A stretch of DNA of 63,693 nt, the filler included, from Octopus bimaculoides (lineage: Eukaryota): the NCBI RefSeq assembly GCF_001194135.2. It is 5 parts of 4 records of this genome, joined end to end, with 100 filler letters (N's around TTAATTAATTAA, not from the genome) between each part and the next. Parts side by side here need not be neighbours in the genome. Positions count along the whole stretch, not along the records: positions 24,205 to 45,434 come from NC_068986.1; 4 more parts are not named here. One strand, given 5' to 3'. The position numbers and the translations under genes were made by a program. Below the pieces are notes generated by a model, which saw only the letters and a list, made by a program, of their open reading frames with translations, ran no database searches and was not told the DNA's origin. Positions 26,700-40,543 of this stretch are shown here, piece after piece. Within the stretch, counting starts at the first letter, position 1; each line of letters opens with the position of its first letter.

Positions 26700-27097
26700 G
26701 TTTCAAGATGAAAGGTGTTCTTCCATCAGGATAATACTCAGCCACATACAGCATGGTTGATATTCCAAAGCAGTTTGAACGGGAAACGATGCCCTACCTA
26801 CCATATTTGCTGGACATTGCCCCATCTGATTATCATTTATTCCGCAGTGTTCAAAATCATTTGGATGGAAAAAATATGAATTCTGTAGACAAGGTCAGAA
26901 CAGTAGTGGAGGAGTATTTTTCATCATGGACAAAAGAATTTTGGAAGAGGGGCCTTACAAGTCAGCCAGAGAGATGGAAGAGCATTGTAGAAAATGAAGG
27001 AGTGTATATTTTAGACTTAAAAAAGAACTTTGTTTATCTTAATTTTTGAAAAATAAAAGTATAAAAAAAACTGCATTATTTATGGGATGACCCAGTA
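26700..27097 (+). mobile_element. Mariner 3' fragment with terminal inverted repeat
   Basis: HQDNTQPH...PYLLDIAPSDYHLFRS, ending in cattatttatgggatgacccagta|TA. Confidence 0.88.
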
Positions 27098-27510
27098 TAN
27101 NNNNNNNNNNNNNNNNNNNNNNNNNNNNNNNNNNNNNNNNNNNNNNNNNNNNNNNNNNNNNNNNNNNNNNNNNNNNNNNNNNNNNNNNNNNNNNNNNNNN
27201 NNNNNNNNNNNNNNNNNNNNNNNNNNNNNNNNNNNNNNNNNNNNNNNNNNNNNNNNNNNNNNNNNNNNNNNNNNNNNNNNNNNNNNNNNNNNNNNNNNNN
27301 NNNNNNNNNNNNNNNNNNNNNNNNNNNNNNNNNNNNNNNNNNNNNNNNNNNNNNNNNNNNNNNNNNNNNNNNNNNNNNNNNNNNNNNNNNNNNNNNNNNN
27401 NNNNNNNNNNNNNNNNNNNNNNNNNNNNNNNNNNNNNNNNNNNNNNNNNNNNNNNNNNNNNNNNNNNNNNNNNNNNNNNNNNNNNNNNNNNNNNNNNNNN
27501 NNNNNNNNNN

Positions 27511-27550
<40 letters not shown>

Positions 27551-27686
27551 GATGATGATGATATACACACACACATACTCATACACACATACATGCATAA
27601 ATACATACGTACATACAGGTTGACACTCATACAAATATATTTAGATACATAGATAAATGCATGCATACATATATACCCTCATAGAC

Positions 27687-27738
<52 letters not shown>

Positions 27739-27871
27739 TACGCATACATATATACATGCATAAATATATACATACACTTACATACATTTACGCACACACA
27801 CGTTTACATACATACATACATATGCACATATATATTTGTGTAGGTGTGTGTGTGTGTGAGTATACATATGC

Positions 27872-27910
<39 letters not shown>

Positions 27911-28116
27911 GATAAATGTATACATATGTCCACAGATACATGTGTATATATAAATGAATGAATACACATTCCTGTATACATCATCATAGATACCATTAGT
28001 TCATACAGACACATGGCATTATACAAATGACAGCTGAAATAAACAAACAAAAGACAAACAAATGGTAACCAAATGACAACAACAATAACAACAGCAACAG
28101 CAATCTTTCGTCTTAC

Positions 28117-28405
28117 CTTTATTCGGCTCCGAACATAATCTTTCTTTCTAATCGCCGGACGCCTTTGTAATGTCCCTCCACCATGTAATGTCTCCCTGGT
28201 GCCAGATCCAGAACCGCTTAAAGGTAACGTCCCTCCTCCAGGATTTTCATGGGATAATATTGTCCCACAACTCCCTGGAACCCTGCTGGGTTCCATCATG
28301 GAGGAGGGAACTTCCAAGAAGGAAGACAGAAGATTGGAAGAAGGATTTTCTTTTCCCCTTCTTTTTGTTTGTTGCTTTAATTGTAATCCTTGTTTACTTT
28401 CTGAT
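28117..28405 (-). CDS. Internal coding exon (289 nt) of an unidentified gene
   Basis: tttttag| acceptor and aag|gtaaga donor. Open 1+96 codons: SESKQGLQLKQQTKRRGKENPSSNLLSSFLEVPSSMMEPSRVPGSCGTILSHENPGGGTLPLSGSGSGTRETLHGGGTLQRRPAIRKKDYVRSRIK. Non-repetitive, GC-richer than flanks. Confidence 0.72.
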
Positions 28406-29923
28406 CTAAAAATTCAAACTGGTTTTCATTTGTGGTTGTTTTAGATTTTTAGTAGTTCACAAGACTAGAAAGTGACAGGGTGAGGGAGAGAGGGAAGAGG
28501 AGAGAGAGAGAGAGAGAGGAGGGGGAGAGGGAGATGGGAAGAGAAAGAAAGAGAAAGAGATAGTGAGAGAGAGATAGAGAGAAGAAAAGAGAGAAAGAGT
28601 AAAGGACAGTAACAGCTGGGACAATGATATCTGCATAACCTGACCTGGTTTGAGGGGAGGGGGAGTTCAGACAACTCCCCCCACCGCTCCCATTTCACCC
28701 ACTAACTGCCAGTTTACCAGAAGTTGATGACCAAAAAAACAAGAACTCAATGAGAAAGAAAGAAAAAAGCAACAAGACTGAGAGAAGCCAGCCAAACCTG
28801 TCATCAGACACAGATGGCTGCTCTAATGGCAGAGTAAAAGACAAACAGTTGTAGGAGGAGAAAGTATACAATTATAACCTGGTCGAAAATGAGACAAGGC
28901 TGTTTGATGTCATTCTATGCACTCCAACCGTTGGCTTCAACTAATCAAACCAGTCTTGTTGTTGTTATTTCAGTTTTCACCGTCTGGGTTGGATCCAGAA
29001 GTGTTTTTTTGAGTTGTTAGGAGCCGAAAATATTTTAATAAATTCAGTCAAAGGAGTGACTAGAGTTATTGTAGTAAATACTACAAAGGAATGTGACAAC
29101 AGTTTAGTCAAAGATAACAAGTTTGTGGTTGTTATTATTTTATTTGTTTCTTTTCTACTCTAGGCACAAGGCCCGAAATTTGGGGGGAGGGGAGGGCCAG
29201 TCGATTAGATCGACCCCAGTATGCAACTGGTGCCTAATTTATCGGCCTCCAAAAGGATGACAACCAAAGTCGACCTCATTGAGATTATTATCATTTTATT
29301 ACAAAATTATTGCGTAAACCCAAGCAAGATCTGGGATAAAAGCTAACTTTAACTGTAACTTTTTAAGAGGTAGGGTTCATGTATAAGTATACTGAGGACT
29401 ACACTAGCCAATGTGTCCTGCTTTGCTTTTCTTCTTGGACAGTAAAATATAATCTGAGGGAGGCATGACTGCTATGTCTAGCAAATCAAGCAACTCTATA
29501 AAGGCTTCCTCGTTGGCTTATATTATCTTAATGAATGAAAGTTTAATTAGAAATAAAATCTTTGTTGTTTATTTAGTTTTTATTGTTCTTTTTGCAGCAT
29601 TGTGTTGTTTTTTTTTCTTTTGTGTTAGTGAGAGGAGGAAGGACAGAGTCCATGAGTGTGGTGGGGAGTGGGGCAGGGTGCAACCAGTGGTGAATAAATC
29701 ATGATTCATTGCTTGCTGTGGAAGAAAACGGTGCAACAATGCAGTGAGTTGTTCTCAGACCAGAACCTTGCACCAAATGCCTTGGACAACAGGTGGACCC
29801 CAAGAAAGGCACCCAAGGATTAGATGAAGATGTTACACCAGGGATTCTAAAAATAATAAAATATTTGAATATATTAAAATATGTATTGAAAAATATATCA
29901 AATCAAAACTGTTTTGAATATAG

Positions 29924-30338
29924 GTGCAGGAGTGGCTGTGTGGTAAGTAGCTTGCTTACCAACCACATGGTTCTGGGTTCATTCTCACTGCATGGCACCT
30001 TGGGCAAGTGTCTTCTACTATAGCCTCGGGCCGACCAAAGCCTTGTCAGTGGATTTAGTTGACGGAAACTGAAAGAAGCCCGTCGTATATATGTATATAT
30101 GTGTGTGTGTGTGTGTGTGTATGTTTGTGTGTCTGTGTTTGTCCCTCCAACATTGCTTGACAACCGATGCTGATGTGTTTACATCCCCATAACTTAGCGG
30201 TTCTGCAAAAGTGACCGATAGAATAAGTACTAGGCTTACAAAGAATAAGTCCTGGGGTTGATTTGCTCGTCTAAAGACGGTGCTCCAGCATGGCCGCAGT
30301 CAAAATGACTGAAACAAGTAAAAGAGTAAAAGAGTAAA
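29924..30338 (+). mobile_element. tRNA-derived SINE, family 2, near full length
   Basis: A/B-box-like head ggtgcaggagtggctgtgtggtaag...gggttcattc, internal (TA/TG)n, and a (aaagagt)n tail. Confidence 0.88.
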
Positions 30339-31552
30339 GAATATATGTAGCGGTGAATAGCATTTGAAAATATGATTTAAATATGAATAAATATGAGAGG
30401 AAAGATTTTTTTATGAGGTGTTTTTTTTCCCTTTGTTTTGTTGTTGTTGTTGTTGTTAGTCATTTTCAAAAAAAAAACGTGATAAAATGTTAAGAAAAGT
30501 ATATAATAACAACAACAAAAAACTAGAACAGTACTGATTTCTGCCAACTGTAACAGAGAGAGAGAGAGAGAAAGAGAGGGGTGGGGACAAGAAAAAAAGA
30601 AATAAGAGAGAAAGAAAAAAAAAAACAAGAAAGTGAGGAAAAACTGCTATTTTTTCTGTTGTTTTGCTTTGAAATTGAAGCAACCATTCCAATTGGACGA
30701 GTCCCTCCCATCTCTGACCCCTGCTAACTTTTACACATCACTCCAAATTAACCAGTGGATATGACTAAATACCCTGAACACCTTTCTGTTGGTGTCACCT
30801 CAGCTGTTTAATGACATTGAAATAGGTGAGAGTTGATTTGTACTCAAAGTTGTCATTCAAGTAATGAATGACAAGGTGAACTGGCTTATCTTGCCTGGCA
30901 GGAGGAGGTGGGTTAATACAAACGTAACCACCACCACCAACACCAACACCAACATCACCACCATGAACATCAAGGTCACATTGTATTTTAATGTCACATT
31001 GTGTATGAAAACTGTCATATTGTATCAGAATCAATGAGGGAGAGACTTTGTGTTTGCATGCGGTTGCTTAATCTGCTAGAAATAACAGCCAAATCTCACA
31101 CAAGCCATGGGTGCAAGCATGGCCGTGTGGTTAAGAAAATCACTTTGTAACTACATGATTTCAGGTTCATTCCCACTATGCAACACTTTGGCAAGTGACT
31201 TCTGCTATATTTCCCAGCTGAATTTGGTAGAGAAACTGTGTACAAGTGCATCATATGGAAGCTGGGATGGGGGTGCCATGTAAAAAGCACTGGTGTTGGT
31301 TCCATGTAAAAGACACTGGTGCAGGTGCCGAATAAAAAGCACAAGTGATTGTGCCATGAATGAAAAAAAACACCTGACATACACTCTGTAAAGTGGTTGG
31401 CAATAGGAAGGGTATCCAGCTGTAGAAACCATGCTAAAACAGTCTATGGAACTCGATGCAGCCCCTGGCCTTACCAGGTCATGCCAAGCCATCCAACTCA
31501 TGCCAGCATGGAAAACGAACATTAAATGATGATGATGAAGATGATGATGATG

Positions 31553-31585
<33 letters not shown>

Positions 31586-32369
31586 AAGGTGCATGGCTCA
31601 GTTCTTAGAGTGTTGAGCTTACGATCATGAGGTTGTGAGTTCGAATCCCGGACCAGGCTGCATGGTGTGTTCTTGAGCAAGACACTTTATTTCACGTTGC
31701 TCCAGTTCACTCAGCTGTAGAAATGAGTTGTGACATCACTGGTGCCAAGCTGTATCGGCCCCTTTGCCTTTGCCTTGGATAACACTGGTAGNNNNNNNNN
31801 NNNNNNNNNNNNNNNNNNNNNNNNNNNNNNNNNNNNNNNNNNNNNNNNNNNNNNNNNNNNNNNNNNNNNNNNNNNNNNNNNNNNNNNNNNNNNNNNNNNN
31901 NNNNNNNNNNNNNNNNNNNNNNNNNNNNNNNNNNNNNNNNNNNNNNNNNNNNNNNNNNNNNNNNNNNNNNNNNNNNNNNNNNNNNNNNNNNNNNNNNNNN
32001 NNNNNNNNNNNNNNNNNNNNNNNNNNNNNNNNNNNNNNNNNNNNNNNNNNNNNNNNNNNNNNNNNNNNNNNNNNNNNNNNNNNNNNNNNNNNNNNNNNNN
32101 NNNNNNNNNNNNNNNNNNNNNNNNNNNNNNNNNNNNNNNNNNNNNNNNNNNNNNNNNNNNNNNNNNNNNNNNNNNNNNATATATATATATATATAAAAAC
32201 AAATATGATGGATTGTCATGGCTGGAATGCCATTGATCCATCATAATCTCAGTCATAGAATAATGTAGTACTAGATGTACTATAGAGCCTTGCTTCTCAA
32301 AGACTGTTGAATGTGATCTGAGAGAGATCTTGCTCCAATTTCTAGCAGGTTGAATTATTATTATATGAG

Positions 32370-32590
32370 AGGCTAAGGTGGCGAACTGGCAGAATCATTA
32401 GCACATCAGGTGAAACACTTAGTGGTATTTCGTCTGTCTTCACATTCTGAGTTCAAATACCACCGAGGTCGACTTCGCCTTTCATCCTTTCCAGGTCAAT
32501 AAAATTAGTACCAGTTATGCACTGGGGTCAATGTAATTGACTTAATCCCTTCCCCCAAATTTGTGGCCTCATGCTTCCAGTAGAAAGAAT
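32370..32590 (+). mobile_element. tRNA-derived SINE, family 3
   Basis: ggtggcgaactggcagaatcattagc...gagttcaaat...gtcgacttcgcctttcatcc. Other copies at 1720-1890, 14630-14812, 23790-24040, 29150-29278, 41685-41890, 46130-46500. Confidence 0.85.
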
Positions 32591-34973
32591 TAGTACATGA
32601 GAGACTTCTTATTGTCTTGCGGTACCCTGCCATACCATCACCTCTCTTTTATTTTTAAGACGTAGAGAATGACAAACCAACAGAGTGTGTGATGTGATTG
32701 CCTAACTTTCCACTGATTGACAAGAAAATGGTTTCCAAGCCAGAAGCCAGGCTCTTTCATCACTGAAATTTAAACATCATCAACAAAGTACTGATGTATT
32801 TATTTCTACACATGCATGTGACAGTGAGCTGGCAGGATTGTTAGCATGCCAGATGAAATGCTGAGCAGTATTTTGTCTGAGTTCAAATTCTGCTAAGGTC
32901 AACTTTGTGGCGCCCCTCTGCCAAGCCATGTCGAGCCAGTGTGGCAGAGTAGGCTCATCAAACCAGTGTGATCTCAAGTTCAATTTCATGGCCTGCACAT
33001 TGGACCGTGTTTGGTGGAGAGAAAACTTTGAGACCTGCAGTGGACTGAACATAAGCAATTCAATCCAATCCATTTATGTGTGTGTGTGTGTGTGTGCCAT
33101 GCCAGTGTGGTGCCACATAAAAGCACCTGTGTGGCACCACATAACAGTTCCTGTGCAGTGCCATACAAAAGCACCCAGCACACCCTGTAAAGGGGTTGGC
33201 ATTAAGAAGGGCATCCAACCGTAGAAACTATACCAAATCAGACCGGAGTTTGGTGCAGCCCCCCCAGTTTGCCAGCTCTGGTCAAACTGTCCAATCCATG
33301 GACAACAGACATTAAATGATGATGATGTTGATGTCGATGATGTATGTATATCTGTACATGTATGTGCACATGTACATATCTGTACGGTACGTATGTATGT
33401 TTGTATGCATGTCTTTGCATGTATCTGTCTGTATGTCTTGTACATATGTCAGTCTACTCATGTTTTCAGTTTTATGTAAACCACTAGAATGTTTTAAATA
33501 TTTCTACACTCCCATTAATGAGCAGTAATTGTTATTTCCTAATTAATCATTTCTCTTCTAGTTTTGTGAAGTCGTTTAATTATATAATTGTTATGGCGAG
33601 CACCCCCAGGTGAGATGTGGGCTGGTCCACTACTAATAAACAGTAGACGGACACAGTTAGTAGTGTGGGTCAGCAAGGTGTGCTGTTTGGGCTGGTCCCG
33701 CAGAGACGAGCAAATATGTTGTCATAATGCGGGACATAATAGTGGCGACGAGGATACCTCTCACTGTATAACAGTGTCGTTATAACAGTGGTAACGAGGT
33801 TATGAACACTTGTAGGAGTGTTGAAATGGAAGACCTACATTCAAGAACAATGAAAGAAAGTTTGAAGAATTCAAGCTCTAACATAGAATTGAACTTCACA
33901 TGGTGGAAAGTAATATACACACAGTGAAAAATATATAGAAAAAAGATTCTGAAGAAAAGAAACATGATAACACAGAATTGAACTACATGCAGTGAAAAAT
34001 AATAAAAAATAAGATTCTGAAGAAAAAAAAAATGTCTGAAAAAAATTGGAACTCTGACACAGAATTGAACTTCACACAGCGAAAAATATGTATACAAAAA
34101 AAAATCCTGAAGAAAAAAAATGTCTGATAAAACTGGAACTCTACACAGAACTGAACTACACATGGTAAAAAATAATTGTATGGAACAGATAATAATAAGT
34201 CCGTTCGAAGGATTTATAAGTCAGGTTGCTATATGTAATAGCACTATCAGTAATAATGTAGACTTGGTACTACCTGCGGCATTTTGAAAAAAAAAGAAAC
34301 TATGGTTCTGTGTGGAGCAAAAAATAATAATGACGTCCATGCGAAGGATTTAATAATTCTGTGTGGAACAACAAATAGTTCTGGTAAAAAGAAAAAAAAA
34401 TGAAAAAGAATTAACAATACATTTAAAGCGAGTCATACCAGATGATTTCAAATGCAAGCAGATATTATCTGTTGAAATTGAAAACAAACCAATTGCTAAG
34501 AAAGTTAAAATGGACAAAGAAAACGCAGGCCATTTTCTGACTGAGGATTCTAAACAAGTCCGCCTTGAAAAGACTCCAGGTGAAATGTCGATGGAAGTGA
34601 CTAGTGAAGAACACGTAGAAAATTCTGAAATTAGAGAATCTGTGCCATCTGTTGCAGGAAAAAGTTCTACTGAAAATGCTTCATTGAGGAATCGTTCTAA
34701 TGCAAACATTTAAAAGATAATGAAAGTTTGCAGGTAACCGATCCAGTTTCTGCCGAGAAAAGTGTAACGAAAGGAGAAGTCATAGAAATGAAAAATATAT
34801 ATATAATAATGGTGTGTGATTTTTGAAAAAAGAAAAAAAAGAAGAAAAAAGAAAGATAAAAATATATAGTTCTGTGTGGAACAAGAAAAAATCTAAATAA
34901 GAGAAAAATAATTCTGGTTAGAAGAAAAAGAAATAAAGAAAAAAAATAATGTGTTGAAAGAGAAAAAAAATAT

Positions 34974-35033
<60 letters not shown>

Positions 35034-35169
35034 GTTTAACATCTGCCTTCCATGCTAGCATGGGTTGGACGATTTAACTGAGGACTGGCGAACCATTGAA
35101 TTTGATTTTGATTTCACTTGCCTCAACAGGTCTTCACAAGCAGAGTTTAGTGTCCAATGAAAGAAAGGT

Positions 35170-35400
35170 ATGCCTAAGTGGGCTGGTTACACCACTGGCA
35201 TAGGCCACAGGTTATGGTCTCACTCAGCTTGCCGGGTCTTCTCAAGCACAGCATATTTCCAAAGGTCTCAGTCACTTGTCATTGCCTCGGTGAGGCCTAA
35301 TGTTTGAAGGTTGTACTTTACTACCTCATCCCAGGTCTTCCTGGGTCTACCTCTTCCACAGTTTCCCCTCAACCGTTAAGGTGGGGCACTTTTTCACACA
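35170..35400 (-). mobile_element. RTE-clade LINE 3' end
   Basis: RGRPRKTWDEVVK motif on the minus strand. Confidence 0.75.
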
Positions 35401-37079
35401 GCTATCCTCAACATTTTAACAATCCACTTTTCCATACATGCATGGATCAGATGGAATCTGTTGAGGCTGCTTTTCTATGGCTGGATGCCCTTCCTGTCAC
35501 ATGTTTCCAAGCAAAGTAATTCTTTATGTCCCAACATGTTTTCATGGAAGATGATAAATGAAGGACACTGCTTGTATGAAGGTGAGGCTCGTTTACAAGT
35601 ATATTACATTACATCAAGGCAAGGAGACACAAACACACCTGTAGGGCAGGATTCATGACAGATGAACTGTAGACAGGAACTTTGCTGTGGGCTAGCTAGG
35701 GAGTTGCTCAGCAGTGAAAGAGACTTTCAGTTGGAGATGGAAAACACAATAATGTTAGCAGCAAGTGTTAAACGAATCTGAATTAACTAAACAGAAATAA
35801 GTGGCAACTTAAGCCCTGATGTATGTAAAGTAATAAACCTTTGATGTATATATTCTTGTCTCTACTACACACCCACACATGCAGAGTACACAGACAGACA
35901 GACATCAGACACCAAATCCACTCACAAGGTTTTGATCAGCCTGAGTTTAAAGCAGAAGACACTTGCCTAAGGTGTCATGAAGTGGGACTGAACCCAAAAC
36001 CATTTGATTGGGAAACAAATTATTTAACGAAACAGCCATACTTGTTCCCCAATTGCAAAAGTATACCCTTCAGAGAACTAATACACCGGTTCCTGCTCAA
36101 AGAGAAACTGCTCTGATTACAAGTGCCATTATAGGATAGACTTGTTACAATCAGTCTCAAGTTTTCTCATGACACAGCCATGCATGCACTTTTGCTGATA
36201 AGCAGCAAAAAACCTTCCATTTAATGTTCTGTTGCACTGAAGCAATGAAACTTCATAAGGGCTGTTATCCCTGGTTATCAGTCAAAAAATATGTTGTGAG
36301 GATCTCCTTTGCAACTCCCATCATGTTATTTGCCTCATGACATGTGGCAGACTGACTCCAATGTTTGGTCGATAGGAGATATCATTACAAGCAAATGATA
36401 AGACATTCAAAAAATTTTTCAAACCAATAAGCAAGCTTCTGGTGCCTTATTTAAACTTTAATTTGCAGAAATGACATCAATGTTGATATGGAAATTTCTA
36501 CAGGTGCAGGCAGTGTTATGCAGGTGATGGTGGTGATGGTGGTGGCGGCAGTGGTGGTGGTGGTGTTGGTGGTGGATTTGAACAGACTCAGTGAATGTAG
36601 TGACTTCATTGTAACTTTCAGAATCTTTAACTTCACACATAAGTTGAGATGGTAACAGTTACAAGGAGAAACTACTGTTAATGGTCTCCACTGACTTAAA
36701 ATCACTTATAAAACCATTTTAACAACCTCTTTCCCCATAGCCTTGACCACATGACCACCACAACAGACACTCAGTGAAATATCATTTTGTTTTTTGTAGA
36801 CAATAAAGAATTAATTCAGTTATGTCATCACCTTTCTCTTGATTCCAGTCTCCAGAACCAAGAAGTCTTTGTTTTATTCCATACTGACTAATAACTATTA
36901 TTTCTTTCAAATAAATATATTTTAATAACAAAAAAGCTTGTTCTATATTGGAAGAATTAAAAGTTGAAGCCACAATTTTATTGTAGTATTTATTTGATAG
37001 TCTTCTCAGTTTGTTAGAATTGTTTTTCTAATTTATCTAATCAGTATAACAATTAATGAACTCATTTTGACTATCAGGT

Positions 37080-38450
37080 GATAATGACTTGCTGGCATAC
37101 ATTTTCTATGAATATGGAAAATCTCAACTTTATTTAAATGATTACACAGGAATTTCAACCATGTTTCGTGGTCTGCTACCACAACAGCTCCTTTATAGGA
37201 TCCAGTTAGCTGAAGACATCATCAGGAGGAACCACGTCCGGTTTCGGCCCCTACTCCTCTACCGTTTTGACGTGGCGGGGCCCCTCCTTTCGGAGGTGTC
37301 TTCAGCTCTGGTGTTGGGTGCATGTTTTCTTTCTTCTATTCCCTGGCCTCTTCGATGCAGCATCAACGAGTGTCAGCGTCCGACTGATCGTCGTGTCAAG
37401 TTCCCCTTTTTATATCTGCTGCTAGGCTCCAGCAGGCAGCCCCAGCTAGTTGTCACGTGACACTGTCTAAATTTCCCGCTGCTAGGGTCCANNNNNNNNN
37501 NNNNNNNNNNNNNNNNNNNNNNNNNNNNNNNNNNNNNNNNNNNNNNNNNNNNNNNNNNNNNNNNNNNNNNNNNNNNNNNNNNNNNNNNNNNNNNNNNNNN
37601 NNNNNNNNNNNNNNNNNNNNNNNNNNNNNNNNNNNNNNNNNNNNNNNNNNNNNNNNNNNNNNNNNNNNNNNNNNNNNNNNNNNNNNNNNNNNNNNNNNNN
37701 NNNNNNNNNNNNNNNNNNNNNNNNNNNNNNNNNNNNNNNNNNNNNNNNNNNNNNNNNNNNNNNNNNNNNNNNNNNNNNNNNNNNNNNNNNNNNNNNNNNN
37801 NNNNNNNNNNNNNNNNNNNNNNNNNNNNNNNNNNNNNNNNNNNNNNNNNNNNNNNNNNNNNNNNNNNNNNNNNNNNNNNNNNNNNNNNNNNNNNNNNNNN
37901 NNNNNNNNNNNNNNNNNNNNNNNNNNNNNNNNNNNNNNNNNNNNNNNNNNNNNNNNNNNNNNNNNNNNNNNNNNNNNNNNNNNNNNNNNNNNNNNNNNNN
38001 NNNNNNNNNNNNNNNNNNNNNNNNNNNNNNNNNNNNNNNNNNNNNNNNNNNNNNNNNNNNNNNNNNNNNNNNNNNNNNNNNNNNNNNNNNNNNNNNNNNN
38101 NNNNNNNNNNNNNNNNNNNNNNNNNNNNNNNNNNNNNNNNNNAACACCTTTCCGCAGCAGCTGAATTCCTCGTCTACCAATCCTTTACCGCATCCTTTCT
38201 CATTATCCATTTCCGGTCCAAGTCTGTTTCGTTTTTTTCCGTCCCTATTTGATCCTTTATTCTCCCCCCGTGGTCCGGGATCATGGGGGCATGATTTCCC
38301 ATGCTTTTTCGTTGCAATTTTACCCCGGATCGGGCTGCAAGCACATTGATCCTTCGTTACGCTGTCGTACTAAAAGCCTGTTCAAAAATTCCCAAGAAAT
38401 TTCTCTTGTCTCTTTTGCCAACAATATGGCCTTCACTCCTGAATTATAGT
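37080..38450 (-). mobile_element. Probable Penelope-like element remnant (endonuclease tail plus structured terminal region), spans a gap
   Basis: 38143-38450 reads NYNSGVKAILLAKET...NRDG..ETDLDRKW, similar to PLE GIY-YIG tails. 37200-37310 is GC-rich with CTGAAGA, CTGATGA and ggccGAAAC. Confidence 0.5.
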
Positions 38451-40543
38451 TCTTGCTCTCCAAGAAACACTCTTTGAGTCTTGAACATTTATTCTTTTAT
38501 TCTTTTACTTGTTTCAGTCATTTGATTGTGGCCATGATGGAACACCACCTTCAGTTGAAGAAATTGACCCCAGAACTTATTCTATCAGTCTCTTTTGCCA
38601 AATTGCAAAGGTACAGGGATGTGAACACACCAACATTGGTTGTCGAGCAATGGTGAGGGGACAAACACAGACACAAAAATACATACATATGTGTGTATCT
38701 ATGGATCACACAGGTTGTAATCCTTTGAAACATATGTAGGAATAAAGTATGCAATTTTAATATGCGTTTTCTCCATTCCTTAATTTCTTAAATATACTCA
38801 AATACCCAAAATTTCAAGGAGTTCCTGCCTTAAAAACAGGAACTAAACCACAGTTATTTTGTGTTCTTTGCTACATTGGTTTCTATTAACCCATTTATTC
38901 TATCAGAAGAATTTTTATTCATTAAGATAGAAGAAATACACATAATTATATATATATATATATATATATACATATCCGATGGGTTTCTTTCAGTTTCTGT
39001 CTACCAAATCCTCTCACAAGGCTTTGGTTGACCTGAGGCTATAGTAGAAGACACTTGCCCGAGGTGCCACACAGTAGGACTGAACCTGGAATCATGAGGT
39101 TGGGAAGCCACATGCAAACATTTGTCTATTCTCAAATGTTTTGAACAGATGATTTCTATGATAACTGGAATTCCAAGTTCGGCCAGTTTGCATAACAAGC
39201 ATGTGAGAAAGTTTATTGAGGCAGATTTTCTACAGCTGGATGCACTTCCTGTCACCAACCCTCTCCTGTTTCCAAGCAAGTATGGTAGAGGAGAGAGATA
39301 CCTGTGGGCACAGAAGGAAGGTGGTCAGTGGGAAAAGTGTGGGAAGGAAAAGAGGAGGTAATAGGAGTAAAGGATAGAAGATAGAAAGGTTCAGAAAAGA
39401 GATAAAAGAGAAAAAGGAAGTGGGGTGGGGGTAACAGGGGCTGATTTTGTCTTCAAGTGATTACAGGCACTGAGGAGTGATGGAGGGGTGGGTGTGGAGG
39501 GATTTCTGGATGGGGTGGTAGGGTAGAATGAGTTACAAGCCTACACAGAATGCTTTTAGGATTTAACTACTCTTGGGTGAGAGTTATAAAAACTGCATCC
39601 TTTTGCTAAGCCATGTTGAGCCAGTGTGACGGAGAAGACATGTTGAGGCCTTCATCCTGCAGTAGACTGCACATTGCCAATGCAATCCAACCCAGTTTAT
39701 TACCTCCGCCTTAAGGAAAGCAGAGGTATTGTTTTCACTCATGTTTGTTTATTTGTTTGTCCGAGGACAAGATATCTCAAGAACCGCTGGGTGGATTCGG
39801 ATGAAACTTTCAGGGATGTTTGGCCTCGTAACTGGCACTGACTGATTGGATTTGGGGATCGATCCAGTACCAGACAAGGATTCTAGATTATTTTCCCTGT
39901 TTTTTTTTTTTCTTAATTTTTGAGAGCAGTTGGGTTCGTTTTTAGTATTCTCGCTAGTGAGAGCAGTCAAGTTTATTTCAGATATTCTCATTTTAAAAAT
40001 CATCTCCGGCTAATCGTTGAGAGGACATTGGTGTTGCCTTGGCAGAGGTTTGTGCTCTCTGAGTGCTTTTGTTTATTTTATTTTCATTTCCATTTTAGGA
40101 TCAGTGACAAATCACCTTCCATAAATCTCACCAGTTAGACCAGTCCAAACTAACCGATTACTAAATTAGCTTGAACAGACCCAGTCACTTTATTATCTAA
40201 ATATATTTACTATTTTACTGTTTGAATAGACCCTAAACCACCAACATCAGAGGTAGTTCTTGTTTAACCCTGGGCCAGTGGTCTTATGATCATATGTGTT
40301 CGGCCTTTCTGTCATTCTATATCTACACAGTCCAATGCTTCCTTTTTTTTAAAGGGTAGTGACATGCGGTTTGAGGGTAATTTGTCTGCTATTTTTAGCA
40401 GGCAGAGTAAGTATACAGAAGTTCCCTTGTTGTTTCATCTGTACAGATGCATAGCTATGTAATTATTCAAACTGCTAGAAATAACAGTCAATCTCCTTTA
40501 ACCTTAAAGAAGGAAGAACTCATTGTAGGATATATTCCTTGAT

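Noticed and set aside
36782-36973. Protein-like frames on both strands (LLGSGDWNQEKGDDITEL / NKELIQLCHHLSLDSSLQ)
   Set aside because: Neither strand has a convincing acceptor-donor pair; cannot be supported.
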